Shown: piece by piece, positions 1 through 15,292 of the stretch
Position numbering within the stretch: position 1 is the stretch's first letter
Layout of the letters: every line of letters starts with the position of its first letter
DNA from: Trichodelitschia bisporula
Taxonomy: Eukaryota
Direction of reading: 5' to 3'
Assembly: GCA_010356995.1 (NCBI GenBank)
Contig: ML996699.1
Location: forward strand, 124,001-153,180
Length of the DNA stretch: 29,180 nucleotides
Program-made: the position numbers and the translations under genes
Notes under the pieces: generated by a model
Seen by the model: only the letters and a program-made list of their open reading frames with translations
Told to the model about the DNA's origin: nothing
Databases searched by the model: none

Positions 1-3000
1 ATAAAAAAGGTGGGAGACAATTTGGCCCCCGGCCCAACGGATGGGGATCGACGGGCGCTGGTCGCCTGTTGTTGGTGTTCCGGCAATCGGCTACCCACTT
101 CGGCCTCAGAATCGAGCAGAATACGCGATCTACCAAAATGGGCAGCTTCCGTCATTTTTCTCTCCGCAGCCTCAATTCGACGGACGTTGGATTGCAATTT
201 AATCCGCATACGGTGGCTGGCGCCCGCGTCCAGATCCTTATCCTAGGGCTGCAGTTGACCCTGGCAGGCTGCGGTACCCTTGTTGACGCCTTACGAGCGA
301 GGAGAAAAAATGGTGCATCCGGATTCGGCCAATATGTTCGACCCTCAAATCGAGCAAACACAAACACGCCGTGCAGTTCAACTCAAAGAAGGGGGGGCAT
401 TGGTGGGCCACACTTTGGCTTTGAGCTACGTTTCCGGGGAGGCGAGATATTAAGGACTTGAAGCAGAAGGCTCCACAACGCGGGCCACGACTGACATGGA
501 TGGAACATAGCGTTGTGTGTCTCTACCGGAGCCGGCACTGCGTTCCTGCGTCACCGGCCTGCAAGCTGGTGCAAGCCGTCGGCAGCAGTTGCGGTCACGG
601 CGAACGGCGGGGCAGGTCGAGTCGTGGGTTTGTGGTCCGAAGCCGTAACGGCCATGCCGTATCAGGCTCTCGTGCGTGCGCAAGTTCAGTCTTGGGGCTT
701 GACTCTTGACAGGTCCTCTTTTTTTGACTCCCTTGCGTGCGATGAGTCGGGTTATTTGACAAGCCAAAAAAGCATCTTGACTAGACGGCTAATATGTAGC
801 GTGGAGCGATATTATGCCGTCGTCGGGGAAAGCGGAACCGCATCCCAAATCCCTGGGGGTGTTCGAAATCTGAAAGTTTGACTCTTGCGTCAGCCCCAGA
901 CCCGGCCCGATGCGAAGTAAGGCTGGGTTTCCATAACCTAACCGTATTGAGCTCATCAGAAGCGCAGAAGCGGGCGGAAAACATTGCAGGCGGGCTGATG
1001 GGGACGACATCCCGGGCAAGACGTTGGAGCGGGGTGGAGCCGGCGACGCAAGCAAACAGCGGGGTCCTTACCCTTTGGCAAGGGCCGACATAATCCACAC
1101 ACGATCCGTTTCTCTCCGACAGATTTCAGGAAGCGAAGAAGAAAGAGACGATGCACAACAGAACGCCACGGTCGAAGTAGACTTGTGGAATTGAGGCGTC
1201 GACGGGAACGGGAGAGATTGGCGCAGGAGCAGGCGTCTGGAAGTCTGAAACGGCCAGGACGAAGCTTCAGCAACACGTGTGCGACGGGCAATATGCCTTG
1301 GGACAGATCGCAGAGGGGCTGTGCTGCGACGCTGTGTTCAAGCCTTGAAGCCTTGGGGCTTGTTAGGGCCAGCTCTCACCCCATCTTTTGGAGATGCCGC
1401 GGTGCTGTTGTGACTTGCTGCGTTGTTTCGAGAGAGTGTTCTATCGTGCAATGGTGGCTAGAACTAGTCGAAGGAGAGTAATTGCTAGCTTTAGAGCATT
1501 ACGGAACTCTGCATTAGCTTTGTCCTTTGCGGTTTGTACTTAGATCATGCTTTCCAGCTCCCACCGACCCACGGTTCAGTCTGCGCTCCACGCCCATGGC
1601 CCATGGTTCATGGCACCATGGCGGACGCGCTAGAAGCCTTCTTTGAGTGCCGCGAATTGCCCTAGCGGAGAATTGCTAGACGTCGACGGATCAACGTAGT
1701 GCGTAGACTAGAAGCTGGTCGCAGCAGAAGTCGTACATTGAGCCTGAGGAGGGGAAGAGCGATCTGCGACGAGGGTTCCGCCTTGCTTGAGCCTCTCGCA
1801 TGCACGTCGCAAAGTTTCCAGTCGCTGCGCAGACATGACAGGCGCCCGCGTGCTCGCTTGGCCCCTTGGGGCGTCACGGATGCAGCCTGGGTGCTGCCGT
1901 CGGTGGTAGGAGGGCGGAGCGGAGGGTGTCACGGGAGGAGGCCTAGACGCAGAGACCTGAGAGGTCGAATTCGAGACGATGAGAAACCACGGGAGGGAAA
2001 GGAAGGAGGAAGAGACGCAGAAGCAGAAGCAAGCAGGAAGCAAGCAAGCAAGCAGTTGCATGAAGCAAGTCAGCACGACGCCGCTCACTCTTTTGTCATT
2101 GGTAGCGCGTCGGGTCGCAATTGGCCACCGAGGGGCCGTAGAGAGAAGACGCACCCATTCGTTGGTGGAGGCAGTGAACGGTGCATGTTGGAAATGCATT
2201 GCAATTGGTAGAGAGCCCATTCCTGTCTCTCTTCGGAACCGCATCAACTCGGCTCGCAAGTCGACAGCGTGTCGTCAAAGGGGCAGCAGAAGATTAGAGG
2301 GACTTGTGTTGCGAGACCCTTCAATATCGAATTTGAAGGGGTGAAGTGGGTAAGGGAAGTTGAGAGGGAATGGGAGTCATTAAGGGACTGGTGAAAGGGA
2401 CATGATGGGTACCACGAGGGTGGACCGGTGCGGAGAATGAGGGTATTGAGGGGTCCATATGCTTTTTCTTCCCTTTTACCTTCCCTCTTCTCCATGCCCG
2501 TTTCCCTGGCTAACGGAACCCAGAGACGAGCTATACGATGTGATGCTGTCGATGTGATATTGAATATGCATGCCACGCAGCGGCAGTGGCAGTAGCAGCG
2601 GCTTTTGGCTTCCCAATCGGCCGGCCAGCTACCAGTAGGAAGGAAGGTAGAGGTGGTCGATGGGATAGGTCAGGATAGGGATTGATAGGCAATATCCTGT
2701 TCGCAGTCCTATCCGACTGGACCTCGCTGGACGCCTTCTCCGAGAGAGAGAGAGAGAACATCAAACAACCCAAACCTTCCATCGCTTTTGCCATCGTGAT
2801 ACTTGGTACACCTTTCCATCTCCATCTTCATCTTCATCCCCATCTCTTCCCAACCTCTCCCATTGCTATCGTCATCACCCACCACCCCACTCCTCAACCC
2901 CACCTCAAGCCTATCCAACAGCGCCTTCAAGCATCTCCATCAGCCCAGCTCGCACCACAGATCCGCCCGCTCTCCCGGTGTCCCGCGGCCCTCCCTAGCG

Positions 3001-3258
3001 TACCGCTCGCATTCTCTCCTCCCCTCTGTTGTCCTCTTTCACGTTTTGCGCCCCTCCGCTGTTGTCGCCGTCACCTTTCGGGGCATAGGATAGGAATACA
3101 GTACCGGCCACCCCACTCTTGTGCCTTCTTCTTTGCCTGGCTTTTCATCATCCCAACCTTACCCCCAGTCAAGGCGGGCCGCCGTGCTGGAAAGTGGCTT
3201 TTCTGGTATCCTCCTTAGTAAAGGTTAGCACCGGCACCAGCGAGCACCAGAGCACTCC

Positions 3259-3313
3259 CAAGCAAGCAAGCAAGCAGCAAGCAAAGCGGCGGCGGCAGCA
3301 GCAGCAGCAGCAA
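3259..3313 (+). repeat. (CAAG)n and (CGG/CAG)n microsatellites in the STE20 upstream region
   Basis: caagcaagcaagcaagcagcaagcaaag then cggcggcggcagcagcagcagcagcaa; a similar (AAGC)n tract lies at about 2020-2070. Confidence 0.8.
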
Positions 3314-3535
3314 CGCGCTTCAAGGCCTCAAAGCACAACCGGTCGCAGAACCCGCAGCAAAACGAGCAGCGCAAAGTAAAGCAAACGCAAAAGTCGAAAG
3401 TCAAGGGAAGGAAAGGAAAATTAACGCCTTTTGCTTGCTTGCGCGTCAAAGCAATCAGCAAGAACTTCAGCGTTGAGCATCTTTAGTTACGCCATTTACC
3501 ACCATACCCCTCCTAGGCTCCCCTCCTCCCCCCCC

Positions 3536-3536
<1 letters not shown>

Positions 3537-3592
<56 letters not shown>
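3537..3592. repeat. Poly-C homopolymer (56 C) upstream of the STE20 ATG
   Basis: Uninterrupted C run 3537-3592, preceded by further C runs from about 3520. Confidence 0.95.
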
Positions 3593-3594
<2 letters not shown>

Positions 3595-3724
3595 ATCCCA
3601 TCCCATTACAGTACCGCCTACAACCCCCCCCCTCCCATCTCACTATCCCTCCGCTCAGCGCGCAGGCTGGCGCAAACGCACCAAAAAAACGCCCCACAAG
3701 AAGTCCAACCCAGCTCAGACCTCG

Positions 3725-6397
<2,673 letters not shown>

Positions 6398-7275
6398 GCG
6401 CCTCGCACACCAACATCTCCGCAACGGCGCCATACATTCACATCGCGGAATCTCACGTCCAACGGTTTGCATCACTTCACCTCTTCCACCCTTTGCAACG
6501 GGAGCACCATCAATGTAACCCGTCGCAAGGATCCAACCACCCCCCTGATCCCAGTCGTCCTTCCACAACCCTCTCTGACGACGGGTTCCTAACCACCTTT
6601 TTTTTCATTTGTCATTTGTGTGATACCCGCACACCGGCACCCCATCCCTTTCCAGCACCCGGCAACGCCAACACCCGAGCACGAACCGGATATCTGCAGC
6701 AAGCTAGCGATACGCCGAAACTGGATTTCCTGAAATGATGTCGTTGCCGGTGTTGCTGCGCTGGTGCTCGGTTTCTGCCGCTTGTCTGTCGTCCTGGCGT
6801 ATACCCATTGCTTTGCCCTTTGCTGCAGGCTGTTACTTGTGCCGGTGTGCGCAGTTCGGGATGCCTGCTTGCATGACGGAAGGATTTGGCTATGCGTATT
6901 GTGTCTCTCTCTTCCCACTTCTTCCCCCCTAGGGCAATACTGGCGCGTGGGTCTCTATGTTACGGCGTTCTACTCGGCGGGTTTCCCCTTTTTTCTCAAT
7001 TCCCTTTTGATATGTGGTGTCGGGGTTCTTTCTCTTTTGCTGTATGCCCCGGGGGAATTGTGTGTGTGGGAGGATTTATGCGGATGACGGATATATGGAA
7101 CTGCGGGCGAGGACACGGGAAACGGCTAAACAAACTCATCAAAAGTTTCTTCTTACTCGGTCGTAGGAGAATAGACTTGTCACGCACAAATCCATGATTC
7201 GATGATATGTAGCGGTGCATGTGCGATCTACACTAATCTGCCACTAGAATAACCGCTCCAGACAAGCCCGTCACG

Positions 7276-8918
7276 TCACGTCCCGTACTCATCCTCATCC
7301 ATCTGCCCAGCAATATACCCCCGCGCCCCATCCCGCCTCGTCTTCTCCTTCGCCACCAAACTCCTCGCCGTCGCGCAAACCCACACATCAGGCCCGAGGA
7401 CCTCCACCTGCGGGCCCTCCTCATCCCTCCTCCGCCTTTCCTCTTCCTCAAACACCCGCTCCATCGCCTTAACCGCCACACGATTCGCAGTCAGCGTCGT
7501 CAACCCACTAACCCACCCAAACCCAAACACGCTAATATTCATCGCGCTCAGCGCATCGGTCAGACACCCCGCGAGCCGGCTCCGCGGCAACTCGGCTTCT
7601 TCAACCACATACACGGGGAGAAGCCAGGAGTCTGGCAATTTGTGGGACGAGAGCGGCTGCAGCACCGCGCGCACTGCGGCGCTGCGCTCTGCGGCTTCTG
7701 CGGCGTCCACGGGGAGGGAGTGAGAGGAGAGTAGCAGCGCGGCACGCGCGCGCTCGCTCTCCGTGCCTATTTCTTCGACTATTGCGCGCATGCGCGTCGC
7801 GGCGGTGTTGGTGGTGAGGAGGGTGCGGTGCGCCATGGCGGGCCAGAGGGTGGAGGGGAGGAGCTTCTCTGTGGCTTCGATGGCGATTTGCCGGGCTATT
7901 ACTGGGTTTGGGGTTGCGGTGGGGGGGACGCGGGCGTGGGATATGTCGCTGGTGAGTGCGAGGAGGAGGGTGCAGTCTATGTTTACGGTAAGGGTGAAGG
8001 AGGCGTATGGGTTGGAGAGGAGCCGCGGTAGGAGGGTCTTGATAGGGGGGGGAGGGGGAGGGAGGTCCCGCGCGGTGGTGAGGTGGATGCCTTTCTGGGT
8101 GAGGACGGAGAGGACGTGGTCTATTTGGTGGTGGATGCCGTGGGCAAGGCGGGGGAGGACGAAGTGGACTTTTGGGTGGCGATTGCGGATGCGGGTGTTC
8201 GATGCGGTGGATAGGATGGAGTGGGCGAGTTTGAAGAGCGGGAGGGAGGGGACGGAGGCGTCGCGGCCGGGATAGACGAACTGCGCTTCGTTGTTTTGCG
8301 CCCATGAGGGGACGTCTTCCGAGTCGGAGGAGTCCTCGCCGGGCCAGTAGTAGCCTTCTTTGGCGATGTCCATCATTAGGCGGTTGGGGGTGATGGTGGA
8401 GAGCTTGATCCATTGCAGACCGAAGGAGGCGACTACGTCTACGGGCGAGCTGTGCCGCTTAAGGGAGACGAGGCCGGTGGTGTGTTTGGCGGTTTGCCAT
8501 GTCGCCTCGAGGAAGGGAAGGTTTGAAGTAGTGATGAGTTCGTGGACGCGGGCTGGGGACGTGGTGGAGGCGCCGCGGAGCTGAGGGTCAGTATATGCGC
8601 CGTGATATTGGGGCCAGCACCCACATTCTCCATCGCCTTGAGCTCTTTGACTGCATCGTTGCGGAAATGGCGGCATTCCAGCTTGTCCGTCTGTCGCTTT
8701 TCGGCACAGGCGTTGTAGAAGATGTCAAGTTCGTCGATTAGCTCATGGCAGCGCCGTACCATGTTGTCTGCGGTCTGGGATTTGACGTCTAGAAAGGCCA
8801 TAGGGTGGCCGGGAGTATTAACCTCCCACGGCTCGACGTCGTCCTCGTCCGATGATGCATCCATCATGATAAAATCCTCTTCCTCATACTTGGAGGTGGT
8901 CTTCATTGCGTTCGACAT
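7276..8918 (-). CDS. DUF1308 / C7orf25 (UPF0415)-like protein (about 532 aa, 2 exons)
   Basis: Exon 1 8918-8625 (MSNAMK...KAMEN), 44-nt intron 8624-8581 (GTGGGT..ACTGAC..CAG), exon 2 8580-7276. Motifs SNLPFLEATW, VDVVASFGLQWIKLST, TVNIDCTLLLALTSDISH, IGTESERARA, TTLTANR recalled as typical of DUF1308-family proteins. Confidence 0.85.
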
Positions 8919-9241
8919 CCTGGAGGCGTTTGGATGTCGTCAGGGCAAATGATCCAGACAAAATCGTAAAATTTAAACCAGACGAGACGAGACTACTCCG
9001 TAGGTGGTATTCTCTCGGCGACTCCAAGTCCACGATGCTCTTTTCATTAGTTCTAGGAAGTAGCAAGTTGCACAACTCAGTAAGGATGTAATAATTCCTT
9101 CCGCGCCCTTCAACAACCCAGCCGAGTCACAGCCACGTCCAGTTGCTCCAGCCCTGCCCCTCAAGCCACCCTTGCACGGCGGAATTTCGCCGGTCAAACT
9201 CGCGACGACCACCCATCTGCTCCTCCACAACCACACCCAAC

Positions 9242-9808
9242 ATGCCAACTCTAAGCTACAACGTGTGGCTAGAAAAGTCCGCAGAGCTACTCAAAGCCCG
9301 GCCTTCCACGGTACGAGTTTTCCTCCCGCATACGACGCCGCTAACCGCTGACAGACCCGCATCACGACCAAGTACAAAGTCCTCGACCCGAGTGCCGTGT
9401 CTAAAAAGTCTCTCAAGCGCAAGGCTGCCGGCGAAGATGGCGAGACGGCTGATCCCGCCGTTCCCAAGGGCGAGCTCACGCTGAAGGCCTTCGATCCGGA
9501 GTCGGGCGTCTGTCTTAAGTACAAGACTATCAAGGCCGCGGAGGTGGGGCGGTTGATTGCGGGGCTGGGGAGCTTGGGGAGGGACATGGCGGCGTTGCCG
9601 GCGATTGCTAAAGGTAAGAGCGGCGTGTTCTTGGTGGCGGATCTGGCTTATTCTTTTCATAGACGCGGCTGCGGAGGTCGTGGCCGACCAGGAGACCGGG
9701 GTCAACACGCCTGTCACGGAGGCTCCGCCGAAAGACAAGGAGAGCAAGCCTGCGGCGGCGGAGGGCAAGGCTGGGGGTAATAAGAAGAAGAAGAAGGGCA
9801 AGAAATGA
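9242..9808 (+). CDS. SRP21: Signal recognition particle SRP9/SRP21 subunit (about 157 aa, 3 exons)
   Basis: Exons 9242-9310, 9355-9613, 9663-9808 (474 nt, in frame). WLEKSAELLKARPST-TRITTKY, LTLKAFDPESGVCLKYKTIKAAEVGRL and Lys-rich end KKKKKGKK match the fungal SRP9-21 pattern. Confidence 0.88.
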
Positions 9809-10586
9809 ACGACGTGCATCGCATTGGGCACGGCGTGTTGGGGTTGTAGGTTTACGAAGACATCCGTTTTTGCATGGATGACGAGATACCCGGTTGGTGG
9901 TCTGCGGATGAAAGACACTTAGAAGCGGTTTCTGTATCTGCTGTTTTGAGGGTATGGACTGCGACGTTGCCGAGCGATGGGCAGTGCAGCGAGGTAATTC
10001 TTGCGAGGTTCCTTTCTGCGGCCTTGCTAATACCCATTGCAGTCCAGAGCATCTAGGGGTTGCCTGGGTCCTTGTTCAAGTTTCTGGGACTGTGGAAATC
10101 TGCGGTAGTTATCACAGTTCATGAATCAAATCGGGACCATTGAGCCTTCTCCCGCTCTCAACGAAACTTTGAATGCGCTCACTGTTATCGTCTGAAGGCT
10201 GAAGGTGCCATCGTGGTTGTTCGGGATTTTTGAAGGCCCCCTACGGTGACAAGACGTAATCCTTCTAGCATCCTATTTCACCACACCCTCAAGCTTGTCG
10301 GGCTGCTCATACATAGCAGGGACTTCCTTCGAAGCAGCTGTGCGTTTCCATTTCCTGTCAGGGAACCCATGCGGACGACTCAAAATAGGCTTGACGCTTG
10401 CAGTGCTGAAGAATCCGATAATATTGTCATCATATAATCGCGTGAGCAGTCAGAAAGTGTGAGTGCTCTGAAACTTGGACGCCGAGCGTTCAAGCTAATC
10501 GACTATGACAGCACTGCAGGATGTCTCGGTCTCGCGCTGGAACACTCTCAATTATTTCCATCCATTTCTTGCTATCACAAATCGGT

Positions 10587-10670
10587 GTCTGAATGGTCTA
10601 GTGGTATGATTCTTGCTTAGGGTCGACTAGAATATGCAAGAGGTCCCGCGTTCGACTCGCGGTTCAGACC
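10587..10670 (+). tRNA. tRNA-Pro (anticodon AGG) with 12-nt intron
   Basis: Acceptor GTCTGAA/TTCAGAC, A-box TGGTCTAGTGG, anticodon arm CTTGC-TT-AGG-G, intron 10623-10634 after position 37, T-GCAAG, T-arm CCGCG-TTCGACT-CGCGG, discriminator C; T5 run at 10678-10682 as Pol III terminator. Confidence 0.95.
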
Positions 10671-13600
10671 GAGTTCCTTTTTGCTTCCTGCAGCTTCGGC
10701 AGCGCTGTCTATCATTTTCGAGTCACGTATGGAGTACCGCCACATCTTGCCCTGCCCAAGAGAACTCACGAAAGGCCTCGCAGACACCTTCTCAGGTCCT
10801 CGTTGGCTTGAGGAGCTTCGAAGCTGCCCAACTGGTGTTGTACTCGCACTCGGATCGGACCTCTCCCCTCGTTTCGTGCTTAAGATCTACCAGGCATCAC
10901 TGCATCGAAATTCTTCCTCCCGAGTTGCGTGTGTTTGCTGAATATTGGAATCGTCATTTCCAGTACCGCTTGTCGAATCCACATCTCGCGACACGCCGTT
11001 TTGTCAGCTGCCGGTTGATATCATGGCTTAGGTAATTGGTCCTTGCTGGAGCGGAATCCCATACTGCAGCGATATCATACTCCTTCTGTCTTTGCGCATG
11101 GGTGTCAGTAGATCCTTTGGATAGTCTGCTTGAGCCTTTCGCCTGTGAGTCCGTCAAAGCAGCATTGAGGCTCGACATCAACGACTAGACTAGACCCAAA
11201 TAGGCAATCATGATTAAAACTTTGAACATTGGCAGCCCCGACGGCATCTTTGCTTCCTTTTTGCTTCGTTCTGCGGTCATGCACAATGATGAGCTCTCGC
11301 CGTCAGCAATTGTGCCAGCGCTAATGTCCATTTGAGGCCGATGCTTCCGTACTTCGGCAGGGCGTTTGGTTACGGGCCTCTCGGTTCACTTAATGGGAAC
11401 GGCGACAACTTGCACTCGGATAGGTGGCAATTTCACCAAGCGATCTTCCATAGAGAGGTAGTACTCTGACTCGACCTTTGAGTCTAGAAACGTCTCAATT
11501 GCACCAGATTTCACCTTCCCATCCCGTCAATGACGCAGGCATTCTGCTCCAAGCCCCCCGCCCATCCCTGCCCTCGCCTTCCCGTCTGAGCCGCCACCTC
11601 CAGGCCTCACCATCATCAGCCTTGGCAGGGCTCGACCTGCATACTGTGGAATAGCTCGAGTAAGCGCAGACGCCTCTCTCTCAAACCACTCGCGCACGTG
11701 GACTCGGCGTCTTACTCGATAATTACTCGATAGGAACCAGGTACCGCGCGCAAGCGTCAAGTCACGTCAGACTTTGCCAACAACCGCACAAACTACGGTA
11801 TTCGCCCTACCTCCATCCGGCAAATATTTGCGATAGGCCGATGTATTCGACGCCACGCTACATTCGCGACCCGCCGCCGCGATCGCAGCTACGGTACGAA
11901 ATACTAGTGCGAAATTCACGAACACCGCGAACCGTCCACCGAGCGCAACCCCGACCTCAAATCCGACTGCAAATCCGACCGCGCTACTCTCAACGGCACC
12001 CCTCTCTCTGAGAAGCCCCAGTTGCGGGGCCGGGGAGTAATAAGCATACCGTCCTAAACCTCAACAACCTCATCGCTAGCGGGACCCAGACCCGGCCCGA
12101 GGTGGCCCGCATGGATCTGGGTCCACGGTCCCGGCGGGGCAGGGCCCGATATGCGGACCAGCGGCTAGCCGTGCGCGGTTCGGGTCTCGCCTGTTAAGGG
12201 CTGCGGGTGACGGAGCCGGCCGATGTGGGGCGGGTGGGTGGGGAGGGGTGGTAGGTATGGGGCGGGGATCGGGATCGTGCCGGGCGTCAATTCTTCGCTA
12301 TTCTTCGTACTACTTACGCTAGTACGGTACGTAGTACTTTGTGTGGCGCAGGCGGGCGAGTTTCGAAGCGAGAAGGACTGGTGATCTGATCTGATGTTGT
12401 GCGCGTGTGCGTTGACGATGGCGTTGGCGTTGGTGTTTCATTGCCAATGCCTGACGCATGTGGGCGGGTTGTTACGTCATAGTGGCGGGGGATTGTTGTT
12501 CCCGGCCGATGGCGGCGATGACGGCAACGCCACTGGACAATATCGTGCTGCTGATGCGGAGTGTTCTCCGGTTTTGAGGGGCTTGATTTCGGAAGAGATT
12601 CCATCTCTTTGATCGGCGACTTGCCGCAATGAGCAGCGTTGGGGTATTAGAAACTTCACAGCTAATGTGCTCACGATGCGCTCACGATGGCCTCGGCTGC
12701 GGCCTGAGCTGTAGATCCTGCAGGCAAGATTCGCTGCTGCGAAGGCGTCAATGGAGCTTAATGGCGCTTTTGTCCTTTTCCTGGAGAGGCTCTCGGCACT
12801 GGAAAATGCACACCGAGTTAACTTTGCCTTCAATGGGTATGACCATGGCAGGAGTCAAAAACTTGTGCATGCCGGCAGTATTGAGCCAAGTACCTGCATC
12901 TCACGCTATTTACGCCGCATTGGACTAGCGAGTTGAAGCATCCAAAATTTTGCGCTGACGTTGCATCGAGGCCAAAGACAACAAACAGATCGCCATGGAA
13001 TGCTGCGATGATGGTAAATAGCAAAAATCTCGAGCCTGACCCCGGATCCAACTGCATTCAATAGGGTCCAGGGATCCACGAGGTGAACAGATTTTTGATG
13101 CCTGTGGCACTTGTCTCTGTTGTCCCACATCGCGCAATATTCGGCCATCATCAAGCTACACCGATCAGCCGCCTTGTTTGTCCGTCGTGACGATCCAGAC
13201 CGCACTCTCCAACCACAGCGGAGCCCACATTGCGGGGAAGGCACCGGCTAGCATCAGACTGACGCGAAGAAAAAATGTGCGAAACCTCCAAGGCGGGGCC
13301 TGCGCTAGGATTTACCCCTCGCACAGTAGTTAGATGACACTCTGACACCACGGAACACGGCTCGCGATCGATGATCCAAGGCCGCGAGTTAATTGCGCAG
13401 TTGCAGCATGGCTCGATGCCATTAGTCACGGCTTACCGGTTACGGATGCTGGCTAGATGGCAGAATGAGGTTTGTGTGCGACGGGCCCGGGGTGAGGTGG
13501 GCACGCAAGGTGCGGGCACGAATGCGCAACCTTGATCATCGCTTCGTGAATCTCCGCGGGCCATGGTATCCGTGGCTGGGGGTGAGGGGTACGGGGCGTA

Positions 13601-15292
13601 CGGTGAGAATTGCTTGAGGCGCTTTGTACCGACTGTTTGAGCACTTTTTACCCTCCTCCAGGCAGAGGCGCTGCGCTGTTTTAGCCCGGCTTGTCAGTTA
13701 CCTGTCGTTGTTGCCCGTGGCTGTCGTCGTTGTCGCTTGTGCTCGTCAAACATTCCACCGAGGGCTGTACAGTACCAAGAGAACTGCATAGCAAGCGAGC
13801 GAAGTCACACAATCATGTGCAGGACGTCGGAGAGAGGACCGGGCTGGCCGGAATATTTTGGAATCGGGCCTTTCGGTCACAGCGAGGCTGAGGTTTAAAT
13901 TTACTGCGCTGGCACCGCGCGTTGGCAGAGGTCGAAGCTGGAGCCCAAAGGCAGCCGGACACTGGGCGCTGGGGCTTTATCTACAACAGCTGAACTGATA
14001 ACGTGCAGCGTCTGGCCCTCTGGGTACTGGAGGCGCTGCTGAGGCTCTCTGCGACGAGCCTGTAGGAAGCCGTGATGATGAGCAGGGCTCCTCGATCGGG
14101 GTGCTTCAAGCCACGCGTGTCACGCCCAGGGCTGACGTTTCCGGACATCAGCGAGCGCAAGCCTAAATCGACACAATCTGGGAAACGCGTCGACGCAGGT
14201 CAACACTGTCACCGCCTGTTTGAAGCTCATTACCTCTCTTCTTGTCATGGGCAGGGCTTGTGGGTATACCGTCATCGGGAAAGGAGAGGGAAGCCGCGTC
14301 CTCACCTTGCGGTGTGCTTTCCCCTCTTCCATCGTGAAAGTGTCGTCACGAGTTCGTCGTTGGGCCCCAGACCTCATGACCGGCAAAGGCCGTTTGCGCC
14401 GCGTTGGCGGCACGCCATCTAGTCCTCTTCTAGCGCCGCGACGAATTTTCCGCGGCTCCACCTCTGGCGACTGTGGAGCAAGGGTTCTGGCATCCAGTTG
14501 GTTTGATCAGTGAATAGCGGAGGGGCCGGTGGATGGGCTGGGATGGAGGCTTTGCGGGGTGGGTCTAGCGCTAAATGGGGAGCAGACCCAGCTCGACGTG
14601 CGTTTGCGCCTCGTTGTCAGCCCTCGTTTCCTGGCTTGCTTCGTTGGAAATCCGGGGCAAACAAAGCCTCCAAGGGATTGTTCCGGCGACAAGAGTCTCT
14701 CACAGCGTTCAAGGGCTGACCAGGGGCATGGAGGCGTGGTTTGTAGTCATTGCTCTGGGGCTCCACAAATGGAAAGCTTTGCTGTTACCTCACGCTCACG
14801 TCGTGCCTCTGCCAACGCCATATATGGAGGGAAGGGGCGCCCCTCATATTGGACCTACAGTTAGGAATTTGCCTCTTAGACCTTTTTTGATATCTTCGTT
14901 TGGCGCATTTGGTGATATTCGCAACCGGTGGTCAGAAACCAATTCACATCTCGACCATTTTATGACTTCACCTCACCTGCCAAGCGTCGATTCCTTTTGC
15001 TGGCATTGCATCTCCGGCAAACAAACAATTCGATCAACCCGATCTCGGTGCCGCCACACTTGATCACTTCCCTGCCAAAAAAAATAAACACGAGCAGTGA
15101 CGAGACGAGGCACCATCTCACGAGGGAGCGCTCTCGCCTCCCCAATCCCCATCCAGAGCTTGCATGACAAGCGTCGCCTCACGCCAACAAGACCTCGCAG
15201 CCGACCAGGTCAAGCGGTCCCCCTGTCACCGCCTTCTGCGCGCGTACTTTCCGCTCAAGGTGCCAACCGCCCGCCTTCCCGCCTGTTCCATT

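Noticed and set aside
933..944. ATAACCTAACCG as a possible telomerase RNA template
   Set aside because: Does not match the TAACCCTAA template expected for TTAGGG repeats and no pseudoknot was identified.
926..960. Minus strand CTGATGAG...GAAAC resembling a hammerhead ribozyme core
   Set aside because: Stem II cannot form (G opposite G at the closing pair, no complementarity) and flanking stems were not found.
1699..2344. Overlapping 120-183 aa ORFs on both strands
   Set aside because: Built from microsatellite and purine-rich tracts; no recognisable domain.
11285..11340. ATGATGA as a C/D snoRNA box C
   Set aside because: No CTGA box D at a suitable distance and no terminal stem.
12749..12760. 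CAATGGAGCTTA resembling the 3' conserved region of RNase MRP RNA
   Set aside because: No upstream GAAAGTC(T/C)CC partner for helix P4 was found at a plausible distance.
12394..12936. Two same-frame ORFs separated by two stops, possible pseudogene
   Set aside because: No recognisable motif and no codon bias like the real genes; a TBLASTX search would be needed.
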